From positions 2,484,335-2,548,334 of the forward strand of contig CBDAVM010000001.1 in the NCBI GenBank assembly GCA_965200895.1: a DNA stretch of 64,000 bases, written 5' to 3'. The first letter of the stretch is position 1. Every line of letters begins with the position of its first letter. The translations under genes and the position numbers were made by a program. Origin of the DNA: Vicinamibacterales bacterium. GTDB lineage: Bacteria > Acidobacteriota > Vicinamibacteria > Vicinamibacterales > UBA8438. This document shows, in pieces, positions 51,299 through 60,689 of the stretch. The notes beneath the pieces were generated by a model. That model did not search any database, was not told where the DNA came from, and saw only the letters and a program-made list of their open reading frames with translations.

Positions 51299-53763
51299 AC
51301 CAGCGGTGGCCGCCAGCCGCTGCGTCCCGCACGATCTGCCGGACCACCGGTCGATCGTAGTGCGCCAGCCGGCGGCCGAGCGCGTACGTCAGCAGCTTCT
51401 CGGTCACCGTCCGCGTGAACTCCTGCCGCCGGTCGAGCAGGAGCTGCCGGAGTCCTGCCGGCCCTTCGAACCGCTGGCCGTCCGGCGTGATTCCGGAGGC
51501 GTCGATGGGCGGTCCCGGCTGACCCGGGATCCGCGGATCGTCGGTGGTCCGCCAGCGGCCGATCGCATCGAAGTTGTCGAGCGCGAAGCCCAGCGGGTCC
51601 ATCAGCCGGTGGCAGACCGCGCAGCTCGGGTTGGCGCGGTGCGCCTCCATCCGTTCGCGCTGCGATCGCGGCGCCGTCCCGGCGGCGGCGTTCTCATCCA
51701 GCGGCGGCACATCGGCCGGCGGCGCCCCGAGCACCCGCTCGAGCAGCCACTTGCCGCGGTTCACCACCGATGTGCGCGTGGAGTAGGACGTGAGCGTCAG
51801 GATGCTCCCCTTGCCGATGATCCCCGCCCGCTGCTCGTCCGGCAGCGTCACGCGCCGGAAGTGGTTTCCGTACACGCCCGGGAGCCCGTAGTGGCGGGCC
51901 AGCCGCTCGTTCAGGAACGTGTAGTCGGCGCGCAGCAGGTCGATGGCGCTGCGGTCCTCGCGGAGCTGGCTGGCCAGGAACAGCTCGGTCTCGCGCTGCA
52001 TCGCCTGGCGCAGGTTCTCGTCGAACGCCGGGAAGATGGTCGGGTCCGGCGCCACGTTGCGGATCTTGTGCAGCTCGAGCCAGCGGTCGAAGAAGTTGCG
52101 CGCCAGACCGTCCGAGCGCGGGTCGGCGAGCATGCGGCGGACCTGTCGCTCCAGCACGGCCGGCTCCGACAGCGCGCCGCGCTCCGCGAGGGTGAGCAGC
52201 TCGTCGTCGGGGATGCTGTTCCACAGGAAGAACGACAGCCGTGACGCCAGCTCGACGTCGCCGATGCGGTACACGGCGACCTCGGGATCCGCTGGCGGGC
52301 GCGGGACGCGGAACAGGAACTCCGGATCGACGAGCACGCGCTCCAGGACGGTCCGGATTCCGCTGTCGAAGTCGCGCCCGGCGCGGCCGGAGGCGAAGAA
52401 GCCGTGGAGATGCTCGACATCGCCGGTGGTCACCGGCCGCCGGTAGGCGCGGCGGGCCAGGGTGCGGATGATCGCTCTGGCGCAGTCCGCTTCCGCAACG
52501 TCGTCGTCCTCCGGGCTACAGACGAAGAGACGCTGCCGGCTCGCCACCTGCTGCGGCGTCAGGCCGTCGAACGGGCCCCCGATGACGACGCTGCCCACGG
52601 CGGGGTTGCCGTCCATCTCCTCGTCGGTGCTGTAGCCGAAGGTCGACATGTCCACCGGCGGCTGCAGGACGCCCTCTTCAAGGGCCGGGTTGCGGACGAA
52701 AGCGGACCCCCACGGTGCGCAGCCCCGCCTGCACCTGGACCCGCACCTCGAAGTCGTCGTCGGCGTGGTTGGCGTACCACTCCCACTCGGCCCCGCCCAT
52801 GCCGGAGCTGCCGCAGAAGCTCGCGATGCAGCGCTCGGAGTCGGGGCTGAGGCCGCCGCCGGCCTGGAAGCGGGCCACCAGCGCGCCGTCGAGCCGTACG
52901 TCGAGGGGGTGGGCGGTGTTGCCGATGCCGCGGATGTAGTTGTAGAAGTTGCGGCGCAGCCCGACCCGGATGCTGTACTCCCCGTCCAGCGGGAAGTAGT
53001 GGCGCACCGCGATGCCGCCGCGCGTCCCGAACGGCAGGTCGTCGCTTGCGTGGTGGTCCTGGATCTCGCGGTCGGGCACCCGGTAGGTGTCGAAGCGGGG
53101 CCGCAGACCGGTGTCTCCGATGGCGAGCTGGCTCACCTGCCGGGCGGCGTACAGGTAGCGCTCCATCAGCGTCGGCGACACCGAGAGCACATCGGCGATG
53201 TTGTCGAAGCCCTCGTCCTCGTCGTCCGGGGGCAGCAGCGCCTCGGGGTCGATCTGCAGCCCGAGCAGATCGCGGATGGCGTTGCCGTACTCCAGCCGGT
53301 TGAGGCGGTGGACCGTCGTGCGGCCGGGATTGAGGTCGTCCGCGGCGGCGCGGTCGAGCTCGGCCTCCAGCCAGTCGGCCACTGCGTCGTAGGCGGCCTC
53401 GTCGGGGCGCGGGCGGCCCACCGGCGGCATCATCCGGGCGCGCAGCTTCAGGGCCACCGTCTCCCACTCCGCAGGGTGGGCGGCGACGTCGGTCGCGTCG
53501 AGTCCCTGCAGGGAGATCGGCACGCTTCCCGCCGCGGCCCCGCGGTCGCTGTGGCAGCCGATGCAGTAGCGGTTCAGCATCGCCCGCACCTGCGGCGCGT
53601 CGCCGGCCGGTGTTGCCGCGCCCTCCGGTGGCGGGTGTCCGGTCTGTCCCGCCGACACGCCCGCGGGCGCCAGCGACAACAGCCCGCCGAGGATCAGACC
53701 GGCGGTCCATCCCGCCGGGCGCCGCCGCGACGTCACGATCCTGCGCGGTCTCTCGTGCGCCAT
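51237..53763 (-). pseudogene. DUF1592/DUF1588/DUF1587-type protein with planctomycete-style cytochrome-c motifs, split by a 1-nt frameshift near 52698
   Basis: The N-terminal ORF 52678..53763 (RYCIGCHSD...) ends ...RTVGVRFRPQPGP-stop. The +1 frame continues VRNPALEEGVLQPPVDMSTFGYS... into ORF 51237..52655 (SCAVCH, DUF1588-like). Confidence 0.7.
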
Positions 53764-53998
53764 CCCATCACCTCGTTCTTCGCGCCGAGCGTCGTCACGT
53801 CGCGAACGACCACCGCGAACAGGAGGACCAGCGGCATCGACGCGGCGTTCAGCCCGCGTATTCGACGGGATGTCGCGCCCAGGCCCCGGTGACGATCACA
53901 GTGTAGTTGAATGTGAACATGCTGTACATGCAAATCGTCAGCGAGACGATCCTCGCCCACGGCGCCCGGCGTCGTCCGCCGAAGATTGTCGTTCTCGC

Positions 53999-54355
53999 CT
54001 ACGCGGTGAGTCCGAGGGTCACCCGCAGCGCCTCCAGCACCGCATGACTGCTCGCGCAGGTCGACTCGAGTTCGCGCAGAGTCATCTGCGCGGGCTGCCG
54101 CGAGTGAACGATGGTGTGGCGGGCATGCATGATGTTGTCCCAGGAAGCGTGCGCTCGCGTGTTCGCTACGCGGGTCATGAACTGATCCCGGTAGTCCGCC
54201 CCGAACTGTCCGAGCGCTTCGGTGATCTTGCCGAGATCCGGGCTCCGAAATCGACGCGCGGTCTGTCGGGTCACGAAGTTCGCCACGTGTCGGTCGCCGC
54301 TGCGGGCGGCGCGCCGGGAGAACTGATCCGCTACATGGCCCTCGTAGTGGGACAC
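53999..54355 (-). CDS. HEPN-like C-terminal domain ORF (Rx4H)
   Basis: 118 codons from a GTG start. SWDNIMHARHTIVH carries an R-x4-H motif in the position and context typical of HEPN nuclease domains. No N-terminal half is present. Confidence 0.4.
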   Translation of the reverse strand: MSHYEGHVADQFSRRAARSGDRHVANFVTRQTARRFRSPDLGKITEALGQFGADYRDQFMTRVANTRAHASWDNIMHARHTIVHSRQPAQMTLRELESTCASSHAVLEALRVTLGLTA

Positions 54356-54359
54356 GATC

Positions 54360-54881
54360 GAGCTGCCGCACCACGAACGCCCGGAGCACCGCGTCGTTCA
54401 GGGTATTGAAGGACACGGGGTCGCTCTCCCGCAGATCTTCGTACGTCTTGTCCCGGTGCGGACTGCTCTCGTGCAGGCCGTCGAGCGTGAAGACCGTACG
54501 CTTCCCGCGCTCTTCGAAGCGGCCCTCGAAGAAGCGGACGATGCTCAGCAGCCGCTGCTGGCCGTCGATGACGGTGTAGCTTCTGTCCCGGGCGTCGACG
54601 AAGAGGAACACGGCGGGGACGGGCAGACCGAGAAGAAACGACTCGATCAACCGCGTGGCCTGACGCCGCGACCAGACGAACTTGCGCTGGAATCCAGGTA
54701 TCGTGAGCTGCCCGTGCCGGTACTTGCGCACGAGACCCTCGAGTGTGAAGTCGGCCGGGTAGGTGACGATCTCGTATCGCGGCGGGGAACTCTCCAGGTC
54801 ATCCTGCTCGCTCGCCACCCTCTCGATGTCCGACTCCGCGTGTCGCCGTCCGTTGTCGCTCCCGTACTCGGTTTCCATCAT
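54360..54881 (-). pseudogene. DUF262 (ParB/Srx-like, GmrSD N-terminal type) domain fragment
   Basis: TIPGFQRKFVWSRRQATRLIESFLLGLPVP...VIDGQQRLLSI is the DUF262 signature. After ...AFVVRQLD the frame degenerates into Arg/Pro-rich sequence that overlaps the HEPN-like ORF. Confidence 0.6.
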
Positions 54882-54951
54882 GACTTCGGGCGATGGTACT
54901 ACGTGGGATTCGGCGCGCAGGAGGCTGCGCGCCGTGGACGGGAGCCATCCA

Positions 54952-56382
54952 TCATCCCGCGCAGCGGACGAGTCGGTCGCCCTCGTGGCACATCATCTGC
55001 AGCGGCGTCCGCTGCCGCTCGTTCATCGCCTGCAGGTCGCCGCCGTGGTCGACGAGGAGCTGGACGACCCCCGGCCACGCCTTGAAGACGGCCGAGTGCA
55101 GCGCCGTGTCGCCGGCGTCGTTGCGGGCGTTCACGTCGGCCCCCAGGCTGAGGGCGAGGCGCGTCGCCTCCAGGTTCGGCTGCTCGTCCGCGTGCAGGGC
55201 TTCGGCCACCTCGGGCGGCACGCGCCGGTCGTGGCGGTCGATCTCGCCGTTGCTCCAGCGTGCGCCGGCCGCCATCATCAGCGGCGTCGTCCCGTCCCGC
55301 AGCGGCAGCAGGGGGTTCGCCCCGGCGTCGGCCAGGATACGCATGATCCCGACATCGGCGTACTTCGCGGCCAGCAGGAACGGGGTGGCCCCGGCCAGCG
55401 ACGCCGGCAGGATCCACCAGTGGGTCGCCCGCGGCACGCGGCTGCCGCCGGTCATGCGGATGTCGGGGTCGGCGCCGTGCGCGAGCAGCGTCTCGACCAG
55501 CGGCGCATCGGCCCGCAGCACCGCGGTGTGCAGGGCCGCGTAGCCGGCCCCGGCCGCGTCGGGGTCGGCGTCGCGCTCCAGCAGGAATGCGGCCAGCGCG
55601 CCGTGGCCGCTGAAGCTGGCGACGACCAGCGCGGAGGCGCCGTCGGGCGCCGTCCCGTTGACGTCCGCTCCGGCATCGAGCAGCAGCCGCGCGCTTTCGA
55701 CCTCGCCGTGCCGGGCCGCGAACAGCAGCGGCGTGAAGCCGCCCAGCGGCAGGTTCCGCGCCCGCTCGTCGCCCCGGCCGCCCACGCTCACCAGCAGCGA
55801 GCGCGTCCGGGTGCGCGCGTGCACGTCCGCGCCGTGGGCCAGGAGCAGGCGCACCACGTCCGCGTGCCCTCCCGCCACGGCCCACATCAGGGCTGTCTGG
55901 CCGCGCGACGCCTCCCGCGCGTTGGCGTTGCTCGCCCCGTGCTCCAGCAGGGCCGCCACCGCGTCCGCATTGCCCGTCCGCGAGCAGGTCATCAGCGCCG
56001 TCTCGCCCATCGTGGTCGCGGCGTCCGGATCGGCGCCGGCGGCCAGCAGCCGCTCGACGAGCGGGGCGCTGCGGTTGATGCAGGCGAGCGCCAGCGGCGT
56101 CACCCCGTAGTCGTTCGCGGCGTCGACGTCGGCGCCGGCGCCGATCAGCAGGTCGACCGATTCGGGATCGTCCCGGCGGACCGCCCAGTGCAGCGGGGTC
56201 GCGCCGTCGGCCTCCGGCGCGTTCACGTCGGCATCGTCGGCGATGAGCGCGCGCAGGGCGTCGTGGTCGCCGCCGCGCACGGCCTCCTTGAGTCGCAGGT
56301 CGGCGGCGGCGGCAGGCGCGTTCGCGCCCGCCAGCACGGTTGCCAGCAGGACGGCGGTCGGGACGGCGGCTCCGGTGCGCAT
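54952..56382 (-). CDS. Secreted ankyrin-repeat protein
   Basis: Signal MRTGAAVPTAVLLATVLAGANAPAAAA. At least 8 ankyrin-type repeats (GATPLHWAVRRDDPESVDLLIGAGADVDA, GVTPLALA..., GQTALMWAVAGGHADVVRLLLAHGADV...). Confidence 0.85.
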   Translation of the reverse strand: MRTGAAVPTAVLLATVLAGANAPAAAADLRLKEAVRGGDHDALRALIADDADVNAPEADGATPLHWAVRRDDPESVDLLIGAGADVDAANDYGVTPLALACINRSAPLVERLLAAGADPDAATTMGETALMTCSRTGNADAVAALLEHGASNANAREASRGQTALMWAVAGGHADVVRLLLAHGADVHARTRTRSLLVSVGGRGDERARNLPLGGFTPLLFAARHGEVESARLLLDAGADVNGTAPDGASALVVASFSGHGALAAFLLERDADPDAAGAGYAALHTAVLRADAPLVETLLAHGADPDIRMTGGSRVPRATHWWILPASLAGATPFLLAAKYADVGIMRILADAGANPLLPLRDGTTPLMMAAGARWSNGEIDRHDRRVPPEVAEALHADEQPNLEATRLALSLGADVNARNDAGDTALHSAVFKAWPGVVQLLVDHGGDLQAMNERQRTPLQMMCHEGDRLVRCAG

Positions 56383-56516
56383 GCTCTACCTCCTGTTCCG
56401 GGTCGCCGCCCGCGGGCGGCGTGCGAGCGACCGGCCGAGCTGCGCTACGCGAGGATACAGCCGAGTATACGCCCATTCGCGGCGATTCGCCTGCGCCGTA
56501 TACGCGCGGCGTGTCT

Positions 56517-56921
56517 TCAGTCGGGAGGACAGATCAGCGGGATCGTCTCGCGCCGGTTGCGCCGGTAGATCCGGAAGTCGGCGCGGTCCACCGTGATCAC
56601 GGGATGACGCGGATGCAATTCACTCATGCGTACAAGACAGATATCGGCCAGATCCGGTCGTCGATCCGCGTAGCGGTCGGCGAGCTCCGCCAACTCGACC
56701 AGATGATCGTTGACGTCGAAGGCGCTCTCAATGAGACCTTCCCGGACCATGGAGAGCACGAGGGGAACGTTCCGCAGGTGAAAGGCAGCCTCCGCCAGCA
56801 CGGCTTCACAGGTCAGGAGCGGCATCGTCACGCGTGCGGCCAAGCCGGCCGCCCAGTCGTGATGCCGATCTGCCCGGTTGGCGAAAGCCACCAGAAGACC
56901 GGTGTCGGCGATGCCGATCAT
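56517..56921 (-). CDS. vapC: PIN-domain toxin (VapC-like)
   Basis: MIGIADTGLLVAF (first acidic residue), then ...CEAVLAEA..., then ...ADICLV.... 134 aa. ATGA overlap with the upstream antitoxin gene. Confidence 0.75.
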   Translation of the reverse strand: MIGIADTGLLVAFANRADRHHDWAAGLAARVTMPLLTCEAVLAEAAFHLRNVPLVLSMVREGLIESAFDVNDHLVELAELADRYADRRPDLADICLVRMSELHPRHPVITVDRADFRIYRRNRRETIPLICPPD

Positions 56922-57130
56922 TCCGTGGAAAATCCCTTGCGGCTCGACAGATCGCGCGGTCCGCGCACGGAACCGGCCAGGCGCATGAAAGTGCGCGTCT
57001 CCCCCTCTTCACGCGCCTTCTGAAGCTGCTCGCGGACGATCTCGCTCCTGGACACGCCGGTCGTCGCGGATGCGTGCTTCAGCCACGCGGCGAGATCGGG
57101 CGTGAGACGCACCGTAATTGTATTACTCAT
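56918..57130 (-). CDS. vapB: Ribbon-helix-helix (CopG-like) antitoxin (VapB-like)
   Basis: MSNTITVRLTPDLAAWLKHASATTGVSRSEIVREQLQ is a classic RHH N-terminus. 70 aa. Confidence 0.75.
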   Translation of the reverse strand: MSNTITVRLTPDLAAWLKHASATTGVSRSEIVREQLQKAREEGETRTFMRLAGSVRGPRDLSSRKGFSTE

Positions 57131-57148
57131 CTGTCAGAAGTGTAATAC
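57120..57148. promoter_or_regulatory. Inverted repeat GTATTAC-N15-GTAATAC spanning the vapB start codon (candidate operator)
   Basis: Read directly at 57120..57126 and 57142..57148, in a local AT-rich patch. Confidence 0.3.
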
Positions 57149-57240
57149 GCGCTGTCCGCAGCGACAGTCGGTTCCTGCGTCCTGCATCCGACCTTCTGTC
57201 CGGGTGGAGGAGTCGAGAGTACCGCAGACGCGGCGCTCTG

Positions 57241-57348
57241 GGCGGTTTCGCCGATGCGACGATCGGGTGCTACCTTGAAACGGCGCTTCTTTCATTCTCC
57301 GAGTTGCCACTCGGCGGTTCCGCCGATGCGCCGATAGCGTGCTACCCT
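57241..57348 (+). repeat. Two copies of a ~36-nt imperfect direct repeat, 72 nt apart, upstream of 57412..59613
   Basis: ggcggtttcgccgatgcgacgatcgggtgctacct (57241..57275) vs ggcggttccgccgatgcgccgatagcgtgctaccct (57313..57348). Confidence 0.75.
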
Positions 57349-57411
57349 CCGCGCCGGCGTGCTCCGGCTTCCTGGCGAGGAGGGAGACGCGCCCCGGAGG
57401 AAGAGACACGC

Positions 57412-59613
57412 ATGCGGACGCTGTACAGGCACGCTCCGGTCAGGTGGCTGGCGGCCGGTCTCGGCGCCGCCGCGGCCGGGGTCGCGCTCGCCCTCTTCCT
57501 GTCGCCCGAGGCCGGAATGGCGCTGGTCCTGTTGGGTGTCGGCGTGTTGGGCTTCGCCCTGGGGCTGGGGCGGTCGTCGACCCTCGATCGCGAGCTGATC
57601 GCCGAAGTCGAGCAGCACATGGCCGAGCTGCGCGAAGCGGAGCTGCGGGCGATCGGGGAGCGTTGGATCTCCGAGGGCGTGTCGCCGACCGAGCAGGCCT
57701 ACCAGGCGCTTCGAGAGTCGCGCGACGGAGCGGCCGCCGACGCCCCGTCGGCGCAGCCCGGCGCGTTCGCCGACCGGGAGCGCGAACTCGGGCGGCTGAT
57801 CAAGCACCGCTGCGAGCGGGTCTGGGAGGGTATCGGCGACCGGCGCTACGTGCAGCAGGAGCACGGACAGATCACCGGCCTCGACGGCAGGGCCGTCCAG
57901 GCCGAGGTGCGCGGCATCGTGGAGGAGGTCGCCGCGCTGCACCACGCCGATTCCGACCGGGCCATGATGGAGGCGCGCATCGGTGACGTGCTCATGGCCG
58001 TGCGCTCGACGGTCGGCGAGCTGCTGCAAGTGATGCACCGGATCCCGTACATCGACCCTGCCGACTGGTCTCTCCGGTCGGTCCTGACGCAGCTCGAGCG
58101 CGCGCAGCAGGCGCAGAGCCTCTACCGCAAGTACTCGGACTACCAGCACTACGTCACAGGTGTCACGCTGGCTGCGCGCCTGGCCCTGGGCGTGAATCCC
58201 GTCTCCCTCGTGGGGTGGACCGTGGGCCAACAGGTCGCCATGCGGATCGGGAGCAGGGTCGTCAAGGCGTATGCGCAGACGTGGGTCAAGGAGTTGCTGG
58301 AGAGTGCGGTCGCGCTCGTCTACATCCAGGCGGCCCGCACCTACGACCCCGAACGCGTCTATCGCAGCGCGGACTGGATGGCGCTGGTGGAGGCCCTGCG
58401 CATCCAGGCCCGCATCCCGGGCCTCGATCACAACCGCAAGGTACTGCTGGACCGCATCCTGCACGCGCAGATTCCCGACGAGTTCGCGAAGCTGACCCTG
58501 CTGCGCGCCCTCGCGCAGGATGCCGATCCGGAGCCCGGCGCGGATTCCACTGCGCGATTCGCGGCTCTCTCCCCGCGGCAGCGCCATGCGATCGCCGATT
58601 CCCTCGCCGGGATCCTGTGCGCCATGCGCGGGCTGAACGAGACCGCGGCCAGCGCCGCGATAGAAGCCCTGGAGGACCGCCTGCAGCGGGCGTTGGGGGT
58701 CGATCTGGTCGGCTCCGGCAGCCGGATCGGGGTGCGCGTGGCCGAGGGGTTCGAGCGGCTCGCGGAGGCCGCGTGCGACTGGCGCCGCCTCGACCGCGCC
58801 GCGGCGCAGCAGGCGATTGACGCGACGCCCTTTGCGGTCCGGGCGCGGAAGGCGGCCGGCGCCGCCGACTGTGGCGCGGCGCTGGAACGGGCGCTGGGCG
58901 CCGTCTACGACGAGGACGAACGGGCCGTCGGCGAGCGCCGGCTCGTCGAACCGCCGCGCGATCTGGTCGGCGACCCGCTGGCCGAACCGTTCGTCGCGTC
59001 GCTCATCGACCTGCTGGCGACGGCCGGGCCGGACGACTGGCCGGTCGAGATCGACCACATGGCGCTGCTCCACGCCTCGGTGCTGCTGCCCGAGCGCAAG
59101 GCGGTGGAGAGGGCGTGGAGGGGCTACCTGGATGCTGCGTCCGCGCGGCTGCGCGAACGGCTGGCGCACGCGGATCGGTCGAGCTGGCCGAAGGCGGCGG
59201 CGCCGGCCATCCTGCGGCAGATCGGCGCCCTCGGGCACGCCCCGCCGTCGCCCGACAGGGGCATCGCGCCGCCGTCAGCGGCCGTGCGCCCCCTGGCCGT
59301 CTTCGAGCCGATCGCCGCCGACGGCCGTGCGCGCTGGCTGCTCCTGTGCGCCGACCGCGTGGTCGTCGGCGATACGCCGGACGAGCCGCTGGCGATCGAC
59401 GACGGTGCGCCGGAGGTGTTTCCGACCGCCGCGGTCCGCTTCACGCGCCGCACGGGGACCGTGGCCGACGAGCTCGTCATCCACTGCGGCGCGCATCCGG
59501 ACGACCGTCGCCTGGCGGTCGCGGGCGACGTGATGGGCACGTTCGCCACGAAGTTCGGGCCTGTGCTCGCCCCGCTCGGCCTTGATGTCGAGGCGTTGGC
59601 GGAGGAGGATTGA
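57412..59613 (+). CDS. Large hypothetical membrane-anchored protein (733 aa), no recognisable domain
   Basis: ATG after GGAGGAAGAG. Two N-terminal TM helices (WLAAGLGAAAAGVALALFL; MALVLLGVGVLGFALGLG), then a coiled-coil-like Glu/Arg-rich region. The rest is alpha-helical-looking with no motif I can name. Confidence 0.6.
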   Translation: MRTLYRHAPVRWLAAGLGAAAAGVALALFLSPEAGMALVLLGVGVLGFALGLGRSSTLDRELIAEVEQHMAELREAELRAIGERWISEGVSPTEQAYQALRESRDGAAADAPSAQPGAFADRERELGRLIKHRCERVWEGIGDRRYVQQEHGQITGLDGRAVQAEVRGIVEEVAALHHADSDRAMMEARIGDVLMAVRSTVGELLQVMHRIPYIDPADWSLRSVLTQLERAQQAQSLYRKYSDYQHYVTGVTLAARLALGVNPVSLVGWTVGQQVAMRIGSRVVKAYAQTWVKELLESAVALVYIQAARTYDPERVYRSADWMALVEALRIQARIPGLDHNRKVLLDRILHAQIPDEFAKLTLLRALAQDADPEPGADSTARFAALSPRQRHAIADSLAGILCAMRGLNETAASAAIEALEDRLQRALGVDLVGSGSRIGVRVAEGFERLAEAACDWRRLDRAAAQQAIDATPFAVRARKAAGAADCGAALERALGAVYDEDERAVGERRLVEPPRDLVGDPLAEPFVASLIDLLATAGPDDWPVEIDHMALLHASVLLPERKAVERAWRGYLDAASARLRERLAHADRSSWPKAAAPAILRQIGALGHAPPSPDRGIAPPSAAVRPLAVFEPIAADGRARWLLLCADRVVVGDTPDEPLAIDDGAPEVFPTAAVRFTRRTGTVADELVIHCGAHPDDRRLAVAGDVMGTFATKFGPVLAPLGLDVEALAEED

Positions 59614-59836
59614 GGCCGCCGCGTAGCCACGCGATCTCGTTCTCCAACGACCCCCACTGTAGATGCGGCGCGGGTTCACCTGTTCGGCCAGCGCCGCGAC
59701 GATCGCCCGCGTCCTCGGTGGCCTGTGCGAAACGGGGACGGAGCGCCTGTTCGATGACGGTCGCCCGCCGGGGCTTCCGCGGTATGGACTACGATGGTGT
59801 GCTTGCGCAGCGGAGGGAACGGACGGAGAGCGACCG

Positions 59837-60571
59837 ATGACAACGAACGCACCGCCAGCCGACTGCCTCGGAGAGCATTCGGACCTGCGTATCGAGAGCG
59901 GCGCGCTGATCTTCCCGATGCCGGTGGCGGTGTACGACCAGCTGATGGACAGCGACTGCCTGCCGCGCGGCGCCTGCTACAACGGTCCGCGCGGTGTGCT
60001 GGAGGTGGACGCCGTGCCCAACGGTCGCTACCACGATCCTCGCGCCGACGCGATGTTCATCCTGCTGTGGGAGCTTACGAGCGTTTCCGGGGTCACCGCC
60101 CGGGTCGGGACCGCCCCGGTGGAAGACATCGAGGGTGACCGACGGCATCCGGACGCCCAGCTCCTCGTCTCGCCGGCGAAACTCGGTATGCTCCGGACCG
60201 CTTCCCGGCCGGCGCCGGTCCCCGATCTCGTCGTGGAGGTCGACACGACGCCCCTGAGCCTGTCGCGCGACCGCGCGCGCCGCGCAGCCTATGCGCGGCT
60301 GGGGGTGCCGGAACTCTGGCTCTGGACACGCACCGGCGGCACCGAAGCGCGGCCGGATGGGGTGGCCACCCTGCAGATGCTCGCCGGGAGCGGCTACCGG
60401 GAGACGACCGCGTCCGACACCGTCCCCGGCCTGGGCCCGCGCGACCTGGAAATCCTGCTGCGGGAGCCGGACGACCTTGCTCGCGACCAGCAGGCCAAGG
60501 CGCTGGCGGCGCGCCTGGCACCGGCCTTCGCACGCCGGTGGTCTGTGGGGAGCGGCCGCCCGGAACGGTGA
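59837..60571 (+). CDS. Uma2-family (DUF820) endonuclease-like protein
   Basis: PDLVVEVDTTPLSLSRDRARRAAYARLGVPELWLW matches the PD-(D/E)xK core and the GVPEYW signature of Uma2 proteins. ATG at 59837. Confidence 0.7.
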   Translation: MTTNAPPADCLGEHSDLRIESGALIFPMPVAVYDQLMDSDCLPRGACYNGPRGVLEVDAVPNGRYHDPRADAMFILLWELTSVSGVTARVGTAPVEDIEGDRRHPDAQLLVSPAKLGMLRTASRPAPVPDLVVEVDTTPLSLSRDRARRAAYARLGVPELWLWTRTGGTEARPDGVATLQMLAGSGYRETTASDTVPGLGPRDLEILLREPDDLARDQQAKALAARLAPAFARRWSVGSGRPER

Positions 60572-60689
60572 TTGCGTCGTGGTGCAGTGTTACGAGATCG
60601 CACGGGCCGAAGGGCGGGCGCGGGCGACGCGCGTGGCTGACCGCGCGTGATTCTCGGAAGATCGAGGCCGCCCATGGCTGCAATGTGGT

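Noticed and set aside
53733-54359. C-terminal 210 residues of the 382-aa DUF262 ORF.
   Set aside because: The sequence turns into Arg/Pro/Gly-rich low complexity immediately after the DUF262 domain. It also overlaps a better-looking HEPN-like frame, so it is treated as non-coding read-through.
57118-57411. Upstream extension of the 733-aa gene to the 831-aa ORF start.
   Set aside because: It would overlap the divergent vapB start and run through the 36-nt repeats. It has no SD. The ATG at 57412 has a GGAGGAAGAG SD and is followed directly by the TM helices.
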